This document shows, one piece after another, positions 26,189 to 32,000 of a DNA stretch of 32,000 bases. The position numbers were made by a program, and so were the translations under genes. Positions within the stretch are counted from its first letter, which is position 1. Each line of letters opens with the position of its first letter. The DNA lies in contig NC_014034.1 of assembly GCF_000021865.1 (NCBI RefSeq), forward strand, positions 3,510,001 to 3,542,000, in the 5' to 3' direction. The notes beneath the pieces were generated by a model. That model had not been told where the DNA came from, did no database searches, and saw only the letters and a list, made by a program, of their open reading frames with translations. Source of the DNA: Rhodobacter capsulatus SB 1003. Its GTDB lineage: Bacteria > Pseudomonadota > Alphaproteobacteria > Rhodobacterales > Rhodobacteraceae.

Positions 26189-26798
26189 GCTGGCGCTCTC
26201 GGGCCTCGTGCGGCACTCGGCCTGCGACTGGCCGGGGGAGCTGGTGGCGGTGCTTTTCACCCAGGGCTGCCCCTGGTCCTGCCGCTATTGCCACAACCCC
26301 GACCTGATCCCGGCCCGGGCGGGAACCCTGCCCTGGGCCGAGGTGCGGGACTTTTTGCAAAGCCGCCGCGGGCTTCTGGACGGGGTGGTGATCTCGGGCG
26401 GCGAGCCGACCCTGCAGGCCGCCCTGCCCGCCGCGCTGGCCGAGATCCGTTCGATGGGCTTTCGCACCGGGCTGCACAGCGCCGGGCCTTACCCCGAGCG
26501 GCTGGCCCGTGTGCTGCCGCTTCTGGATTGGGTGGGCTTTGACGTGAAGGCGCCCTTTGCCGATTATCCGCGCATCACCGGCGTGCCCGGATCGGGGCTG
26601 CGGGCGCAGGAAAGCCTGCGGCTTCTGCAGGAAAGCGGCGTCGCCCATGCGCTGCGCACGACGGTGCATCCGCGCCTGCTGGGCGCCGCGGATCTGGACC
26701 GGATCGGCGCCGATCTGGCCGAGCTGGGCCTGCCGATGGCAGAGCTGCAACCCTTCCGCGCCGCGGGCTGCATCGACACCGAGCTTTGCGCGACCTGA
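26181..26798 (+). CDS. nrdG: Anaerobic RNR activating protein (radical SAM)
   Basis: ORF 26181..26798. The TTG start overlaps the preceding stop (TTGGCTGA). SACDWPGELVAVLFTQGCPWSCRYCHNP (CxxxCxxC radical-SAM cluster), VVISGGEPT. Confidence 0.86.
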   Translation: MAELALSGLVRHSACDWPGELVAVLFTQGCPWSCRYCHNPDLIPARAGTLPWAEVRDFLQSRRGLLDGVVISGGEPTLQAALPAALAEIRSMGFRTGLHSAGPYPERLARVLPLLDWVGFDVKAPFADYPRITGVPGSGLRAQESLRLLQESGVAHALRTTVHPRLLGAADLDRIGADLAELGLPMAELQPFRAAGCIDTELCAT

Positions 26799-26810
26799 CC
26801 GCTTCGCCCC

Positions 26811-28193
26811 TCACTCCGAGCCGGAATAGGGGGCGAAGCGGGTTTCCTCGGGGCGCAGCCGCAAGGGCTTTCCCAGCGTCGGAAAGGCGCGCTGCGGGCA
26901 ATCGGCGCGCTCGCAGAGCTTGCAGCCCGGGCCGATCTTCGTTGCCAGATCGGGCGCGCGCAGGTTCAGCCCGCGCGCATAGACCAGCCGGTCGGCATGG
27001 GCCAGATCGCAGCCCAGCGCGACGGCGAAGCGCTTTTCCGCCGCGCCGAAGCCGCCGCCGCCCTGCCGCAGCTGTCGGGCGATCCACAGATAGCTGCGGC
27101 CATCGGGCATCTGCGCCACCTGCCGCAAGATCTCGTCCGGGCGGGAAAACGCCTCGTAGATGTTCCACAAGGGACACGACCCGCCGATGCGGGAAAAGTG
27201 GAAATCGGTGGCCGATTGCCGCTTCGAGATATTGCCCGCCCGGTCCACCCGGATGAAAAAGAACGGCACGCCGCGCGCCTCGGGCCGTTGCAGGGTCGAC
27301 AGCCGGTGGCAGACGGTCTCGAAACCGACGCCGAAGCGGTGCGCCAGCAGCTCGATGTCGTAAGACAGCGCCTCGGCCGCGGCCAGAAAGGCGCGGTAAG
27401 GCATGATCAGCGCACCGGCATAATAATTCGCCAGCCCCACCCGCAACAGCGCCTGCGCCTCGGGGTCCAGCTGCGTCGCCGCGCACAGCCGCGCCATCAG
27501 CCCGCCCTGTTCCAGAAGCGCCAGCTGCGTCGCGATCTGAAAGGCCTGCTGGCCGGGCGTCAGATGCGCGCCCAGATGCAAGAGCCCCGCCCCCGGCTCG
27601 AACCGGCGCAGGATACCGCCCTCGGCATGCAGAATGCGGATGCCGTGCCGCGTGGCCAGACGCTCGGCCAGGGGCTGCGCCATCCGCCCGGCGGGCAGAT
27701 CCGCCCCCACCGCCTCGGCCGCGGTGTCAAGATCGGGGACATGGTTGCGGCGTTCGTAAAACCAGTCCCGCACCGCCTCGAAGGCGGCGGGGCTGGAGCT
27801 TGCGGGCGTGCTGATCTGCCCCGCCAAGGCATCGGCGCGGTCGGACAGATCGCGCAGCCGCGCCTGCATCGCCACGATCGCCCGCGCGACGGCGGGCATG
27901 TTCGCCGCGATCTCCCGCACTTCGGCCAGACTTGCCCCCGCCCCCTGATCGGCCAGCGCCCCGCGCAATTCGGCAATCAGCCGCGCCTCGTCGGCATCCG
28001 AAAACAGCTGCACATCCAGCCCGAAGGCGGCGTTGAGCTTGAGCAGCACCGGCACCGTCAAGGGCCGCTGGTTGTTCTCGATCTGGTTCAGATAGCTTGG
28101 CGAAATTTCCAGCGCGCGGGCAAGGCTTGCCTGCGTGATGCCGCGATCCTCGCGCAGCCGTTTCAGCCGCACCCCCATGAATGCCTTTGCCAT
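26811..28193 (-). CDS. XRE-HTH / DUF2083 regulator (ScfR / actinobacterial-PrpR type), divergent from the methylcitrate operon; paralogue of 17037..18473
   Basis: ORF 26811..28223. ATG at 28193 (MAKAFMGVRLKRLREDRGITQASLARALEISPSYLNQIENNQRP) aligns best with the paralogue N-terminus. ANYYAGALIMPY, FFFIRVDRAGNISKR, GGSCPLWN, LGCD and CKLCERADC are colinear with the ramB-like protein (roughly half the residues identical by eye). Confidence 0.87.
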   Translation of the reverse strand: MAKAFMGVRLKRLREDRGITQASLARALEISPSYLNQIENNQRPLTVPVLLKLNAAFGLDVQLFSDADEARLIAELRGALADQGAGASLAEVREIAANMPAVARAIVAMQARLRDLSDRADALAGQISTPASSSPAAFEAVRDWFYERRNHVPDLDTAAEAVGADLPAGRMAQPLAERLATRHGIRILHAEGGILRRFEPGAGLLHLGAHLTPGQQAFQIATQLALLEQGGLMARLCAATQLDPEAQALLRVGLANYYAGALIMPYRAFLAAAEALSYDIELLAHRFGVGFETVCHRLSTLQRPEARGVPFFFIRVDRAGNISKRQSATDFHFSRIGGSCPLWNIYEAFSRPDEILRQVAQMPDGRSYLWIARQLRQGGGGFGAAEKRFAVALGCDLAHADRLVYARGLNLRAPDLATKIGPGCKLCERADCPQRAFPTLGKPLRLRPEETRFAPYSGSE

Positions 28194-28283
28194 CTTCGCA
28201 ACCTTCGCAATTCGCCGCGTCAAGCTTCACAATATAACGCTATATCAATACTTTAACGGGAATGCCGAAAGCAAGGAAAGCTG

Positions 28284-28304
28284 CCTTTGCCAATCTTGCA
28301 AAGG
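28284..28304. promoter_or_regulatory. Candidate operator: palindrome CCTTTGC-N7-GCAAAGG just upstream of the first prp-operon gene
   Basis: 7-bp perfect arms at 28284-28290 and 28298-28304. Contains TTGCAAA (28296-28302), 7 of 8 positions of the TTTGCAAA core reported for actinobacterial RamB/PrpR sites. Overlaps the thioesterase Shine-Dalgarno region. Confidence 0.4.
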
Positions 28305-28310
28305 TTTCCC

Positions 28311-28694
28311 ATGCCCCTCCCCCCTGCCCCGCCGACCGTTCTGGTCGAGATGATCTTTCCCGATCAAGCGAACCATTACGGCACGCTGTTTGGCGGCCAT
28401 GCGCTGGCGCTGATGGCGCGGGCGGCCTTTGTCGCCGCCTGCCGCCGCGCCGCGGGGCCGGTGGTGATGGCACGATCCGAGCGGGTGGATTTCGCCACCC
28501 CGATCCGGGTCGGCGAGATGCTGGAACTGCGCGCCGAAATCCTGCGCGAGGGGCGCAGCTCGCTGACCGTGGCGGTGCGGGGCATCGCCCAGCCGATCGG
28601 CCCCGGCGCCCCCCGCCCGGCGCTGGACGGACAATTCGTGATGGTCGCCGTCGATGCCGACGGCCGTCCCCGCCCGCTTTCTTCCGCAATCTGA
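28311..28694 (+). CDS. Hotdog-fold acyl-CoA thioesterase (YciA/BFIT-like)
   Basis: ATG at 28311 (the track start at 28287 is a TTG). VEMIFPDQANHYGTLFGGHALALMARAAFVAA ... VDFATPIRVGEMLELRAEILREGRSSLTV is the typical acyl-CoA thioester hydrolase hotdog pattern. Confidence 0.78.
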   Translation: MPLPPAPPTVLVEMIFPDQANHYGTLFGGHALALMARAAFVAACRRAAGPVVMARSERVDFATPIRVGEMLELRAEILREGRSSLTVAVRGIAQPIGPGAPRPALDGQFVMVAVDADGRPRPLSSAI

Positions 28695-28715
28695 CGACAA
28701 GCAAGGAAAGACCCG

Positions 28716-30227
28716 ATGAAGACCCATGACCTGCGCAGCTACCGCTCGGCCGAGATCCTGCCGCGTTCCGAACAGCTGGCCTGGAAGATCGCCGAAGTGG
28801 CCGCCGACCCGGTGCCGGTGCTGCCCGAAGTGACCGAGATGATCATCAACCGCGTCATCGACAATGCCGCCGTCGCCGCCGCCTCGGTCGGGCGCCGCCC
28901 CGTCGCCTCGGCCCGGGCGCAGGCGCTTTGCCACCCGATGCGGCGCGGCGCCACCGTCTTCGGGATGCCGCATGGCACCCGGGTCTCGCCGGAATGGGCG
29001 GCCTGGGCGAATGGCACGGCGGTGCGGGAACTCGACTTCCACGACACCTTTCTGGCCGCCGATTACAGCCATCCGGGCGACAACATCCCGCCGATCCTGG
29101 CGGTGGCGCAGCACACCGGGCGGTCGGGCGCCGAGCTGATCCGGGGGATCGCCACCGGCTATGAAATTCAGGTCGAACTGGTGCGCGGGATCTGTCTGCA
29201 TGAACACAAGATCGACCATATCGCCCATCTCGGGCCCTCGGCGGCGGCGGGGATTGGCACGCTGCTGAACCTGCCTGCCGAGGTGATCTATCAGGCGGTG
29301 CAGCAGGCGCTGCATGTGACGACCACGACACGGCAAAGCCGCAAGGGCGAGATTTCCAGCTGGAAGGCCTTTGCCCCGGCCTTTGCGGGCAAGATGGCGA
29401 TCGAGGCGGTGGACCGCGCCCTGCGCGGCGAAGGCGCCCCCAGCCCCGCCTGGGAGGGGGAAGACGGTTTCATCGCCTGGATGCTCTCGGGCCCAGATGC
29501 GCGTTACACCGTCCGCCTGCCCGGCCATGGCGAGCCGAAACGCGCCATCCTTGACACCTATACCAAGGAATATTCGGCGGAATATCAAAGCCAGGCGCTG
29601 ATCGACCTGGCCCGCCGCCTTGGGCCGCAGATCGGCGATCTGGTGCAGGTCGACAGCATCGTGATCCACACCTCGCATCACACCCATCACGTCATCGGCA
29701 CCGGCGCCAATGATCCGCAAAAGATGGACCCCGACGCCAGCCGCGAGACGCTGGACCATTCGATCATGTATATCTTTGCCGTCGCGCTGGAGGATGGCGG
29801 CTGGCACCATGTCCGCAGCTATGCCCCCGAACGCGCGCATCGGCCCGAAACGGTCGCGCTCTGGCACAAGATCTCGACCGTCGAGGACCCGGACTGGACG
29901 CGCCGCTATCATGCCCGCGATCCGAAGCAAAAGGCCTTTGGCGGCCGCGTGGTGGTGACGCTGAAGGACGGGCGGCAGATCGTCGATGAACTGGCGCTGG
30001 CCGATGCCCACCCCGACGGCGCCCGACCGTTCCGGCGCGAGAATTACGTGCGCAAGTTCCTGACCCTGTCCGACGGCATCCTGAGCGGCGCGGAACAGAC
30101 CCGCTTTCTGGATGCGGCGGAAAACCTGGCCGATCTGCCCGCCGACGGGCTCGGTCTTCTGAATTTCACCGTGGCGGCCGATGCCCTGGGCGCGCCGCGT
30201 CCGCGCGGCATCTTCGATTGGGAATGA
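28716..30227 (+). CDS. prpD: 2-methylcitrate dehydratase (MmgE/PrpD family)
   Basis: ORF 28716..30227 (503 aa): [17 protein letters not shown]..., [58 protein letters not shown] are PrpD motifs. Sits in a prpD-prpC-prpB context. Confidence 0.92.
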   Translation: MKTHDLRSYRSAEILPRSEQLAWKIAEVAADPVPVLPEVTEMIINRVIDNAAVAAASVGRRPVASARAQALCHPMRRGATVFGMPHGTRVSPEWAAWANGTAVRELDFHDTFLAADYSHPGDNIPPILAVAQHTGRSGAELIRGIATGYEIQVELVRGICLHEHKIDHIAHLGPSAAAGIGTLLNLPAEVIYQAVQQALHVTTTTRQSRKGEISSWKAFAPAFAGKMAIEAVDRALRGEGAPSPAWEGEDGFIAWMLSGPDARYTVRLPGHGEPKRAILDTYTKEYSAEYQSQALIDLARRLGPQIGDLVQVDSIVIHTSHHTHHVIGTGANDPQKMDPDASRETLDHSIMYIFAVALEDGGWHHVRSYAPERAHRPETVALWHKISTVEDPDWTRRYHARDPKQKAFGGRVVVTLKDGRQIVDELALADAHPDGARPFRRENYVRKFLTLSDGILSGAEQTRFLDAAENLADLPADGLGLLNFTVAADALGAPRPRGIFDWE

Positions 30228-30237
30228 GGGGGAAATC

Positions 30238-31413
30238 ATGTCCGGTTCGATCGTGAAACCGAAGAAATCCGTGGCCCTGTCCGGGGTGGTGGCGGGCAAT
30301 ACTGCGCTGTGCAGCGTCGGCCAGACCGGCAACGACCTGCATTACCGTGGTTTTGACATTCTTGAAATTGCCGAATCTTGCGAATTCGAGGAAGTGGCAC
30401 ATCTGCTGATCCATGGCACCCTGCCGACGCTGGCGGAGCTGGCCAGCTATCGCACCAAGCTGCGGGCGCTGCGCGGGCTGCCCTTGGCCGTGCGCCAGAC
30501 GCTCGAGGCGATCCCGGCCGCCGCGCATCCGATGGATGTGCTGCGCTCGGGCGTCTCGGCCTTGGGCTGCGTGCTGCCCGAGGCCGCCGATCACAACACG
30601 CCCGGCGCGCGCGACATTGCCGACCGGCTGATCGCGGTGCAGGGCTCGATGCTGCTTTACTGGTATCACTTCGCGCAGAACGGCCGCCGCATCGAGGTCG
30701 AAACCGAAGACGACAGCATCGCCGGGCATTTCCTGCATCTGCTGCATGGCCGCCCCGCGGGCGAGGAAGCCGTGCGGGCGCTGCACACCACGCTCAACCT
30801 TTATGCCGAACACGAGTTCAACGCCTCGACCTTCACCGCGCGCACCATCGCGGGGACCGGATCGGATCTTTATTCCTGCGTCGCGGGCGCCATCGGCGCG
30901 TTGCGCGGGCCGAAACACGGCGGCGCGAATGAACAGGCCTTCGAAATCCAGAAGCGCTACGCCACCCCCGACGCGGCCGAGGCCGATATCCGCGCCCGGG
31001 TGGCCGCGAAAGAGGTGATCATCGGCTTTGGTCATCCCGTCTACACGATCGCCGATCCGCGCAATGTGGTGATCAAGCAGGTGGCGCGGCGGCTGGCGCT
31101 GCATCACGGCGCGCTGCGGATGTTCGACATCGCCGAGCGGATCGAACAGGTGATGGCCGAGACGAAGGCGATGTTTCCGAACCTCGACTGGTATTCGGCG
31201 GTCTCCTATCATCAGCTGGGCGTGCCGACGATGCTGTTCACGCCGATCTTCGTCATCGCCCGCAGCGCGGGCTGGGGGGCGCATGTGATCGAGCAACGGC
31301 TGGACGGCAAGATCATCCGCCCTTCGGCGAATTACACCGGCCCCGAAACCCGGGCCTTCCTGCCCCTTGAAGCCCGCGGCGGCCTTTTGACCGCGCCCAA
31401 CCGGACGGAGTGA
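30238..31413 (+). CDS. prpC: 2-methylcitrate synthase (citrate synthase family)
   Basis: ATG at 30238 preceded by [81 protein letters not shown] are citrate/methylcitrate synthase motifs. Lies between prpD and prpB. Confidence 0.92.
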   Translation: MSGSIVKPKKSVALSGVVAGNTALCSVGQTGNDLHYRGFDILEIAESCEFEEVAHLLIHGTLPTLAELASYRTKLRALRGLPLAVRQTLEAIPAAAHPMDVLRSGVSALGCVLPEAADHNTPGARDIADRLIAVQGSMLLYWYHFAQNGRRIEVETEDDSIAGHFLHLLHGRPAGEEAVRALHTTLNLYAEHEFNASTFTARTIAGTGSDLYSCVAGAIGALRGPKHGGANEQAFEIQKRYATPDAAEADIRARVAAKEVIIGFGHPVYTIADPRNVVIKQVARRLALHHGALRMFDIAERIEQVMAETKAMFPNLDWYSAVSYHQLGVPTMLFTPIFVIARSAGWGAHVIEQRLDGKIIRPSANYTGPETRAFLPLEARGGLLTAPNRTE

Positions 31414-31416
31414 GAC

Positions 31417-32000
31417 ATGCCCTATCTGATCGGTTCCGATCATCCCGAGGCCCCGGCGGGGGCGCGGTTTCGCGCCGCCCTGGCCCGGCCCGGCATCCTG
31501 CGCCTGCCGGGCGCGCATAACGGCATGGCCGCGCTGCAGGCGAAAGCCGCGGGGTTTCAGGCGCTTTATCTGTCGGGCGCGGCGATGTCGGCCTCGATGG
31601 GCCTGCCGGACCTCGGCATCCTGACGGTGGACGAGGTCGCCTTTTTCATCCGCCAGATCACGCGGGCCTCGGGGCTGCCGCTTCTGGTCGATGGTGACAC
31701 CGGCTATGGCGAGGCGCTGAACGTCATGCACATGGTCCGGGTGTTCGAAGAGGCCGGGGCGGCGGCGGTGCATCTGGAAGACCAGCTTCTGCCGAAGAAA
31801 TGCGGCCATCTGAACGACAAGAAACTAGCAAGCCCGGCCGAGATGGCGGCCAAGGTCGCGGCGGCGGTGCGGGCACGGCGGCATCTGGTGGTGATCGCGC
31901 GGACCGATGCGGCGGCCGCCGAGGGGATCGAGGGGGCGGTGGCGCGGGCGCAGCTTTATGTCGAGGCGGGCGCCGATGCGATCTTCCCCGAGGCGCTGAC
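31417..32000 (+). CDS. prpB: Methylisocitrate lyase, N-terminal ~194 aa; the 3' end runs off the window
   Basis: Hand translation from ATG 31417: MPYLIGSDHPEAPAGARFRAALARPGILRLPGAHNGMAALQAKAAGFQALYLSGAAMSASMGLPDLGI...LLVDGDTGYGEALNV...AAAVHLEDQLLPKKCGHLNDKKL. The KKCGH signature and the ICL/PEP-mutase fold are present. Absent from the ORF track because there is no stop inside the window. Confidence 0.9.
   Translation, partial: MPYLIGSDHPEAPAGARFRAALARPGILRLPGAHNGMAALQAKAAGFQALYLSGAAMSASMGLPDLGILTVDEVAFFIRQITRASGLPLLVDGDTGYGEALNVMHMVRVFEEAGAAAVHLEDQLLPKKCGHLNDKKLASPAEMAAKVAAAVRARRHLVVIARTDAAAAEGIEGAVARAQLYVEAGADAIFPEAL

Noticed and set aside
1-32000. Search for mobile elements, defence systems, toxin-antitoxin pairs, CRISPR arrays, tRNA or rRNA genes
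   Set aside because: I saw no transposase, integrase or recombinase-like ORFs and no terminal inverted repeats. I saw no repeat-spacer arrays and no tRNA T-loop or acceptor signatures. The window is core chromosome plus a metabolic cluster, so I did not force a novel defence-type system onto it.

Overview
High-GC (roughly two-thirds G+C by eye) alphaproteobacterial chromosomal DNA. Gene content and synteny look Rhodobacterales-like (Rhodobacter/Paracoccus type), but I cannot verify the taxon from here. About 32 tightly packed protein genes sit on both strands. I found no rRNA, tRNA, CRISPR, transposase, integrase or recognisable defence genes. Positions 1-17 kb are housekeeping: spoT (partial)-rpoZ, folK, a NYN-domain protein, rluA, a GAF/MsrC-like protein, a STAS plus RsbW-like kinase pair, hspQ, an SLT-like lipoprotein, lolA-ftsK-aminotransferase-amidase, a UbiH-family hydroxylase, Trm112/LON-domain/thioredoxin-TPR genes and xthA. 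Positions 17-32 kb form a metabolic cluster. An XRE/DUF2083 (RamB/ScfR-type) regulator lies divergent from aceB-aceA (glyoxylate shunt). Next comes a gene whose reading frame is broken twice. Two back-to-back divergent cobalamin riboswitches follow: one controls that broken gene, the other controls nrdD, a small stand-alone glycyl-radical ORF and nrdG (class III RNR). A second, paralogous XRE/DUF2083 regulator lies divergent from thioesterase-prpD-prpC-prpB (methylcitrate cycle; prpB partial). The points most worth a second look are four. (1) The divergent B12 riboswitch pair. (2) The riboswitch-controlled gene for a B12-binding-domain-like protein that lacks the canonical His and is interrupted by two -1 frame changes at identical TGCGGGGC octamers. 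(3) The NrdD glycyl-radical segment encoded as a separate 62-aa ORF. (4) The clustering of three B12-independent alternatives (glyoxylate shunt, methylcitrate cycle, class III RNR) around the B12 sensors. Many very long ORFs in the six-frame track are antisense artefacts of stop-codon depletion in high-GC DNA. All family assignments are by-eye motif recognition; no searches were run.
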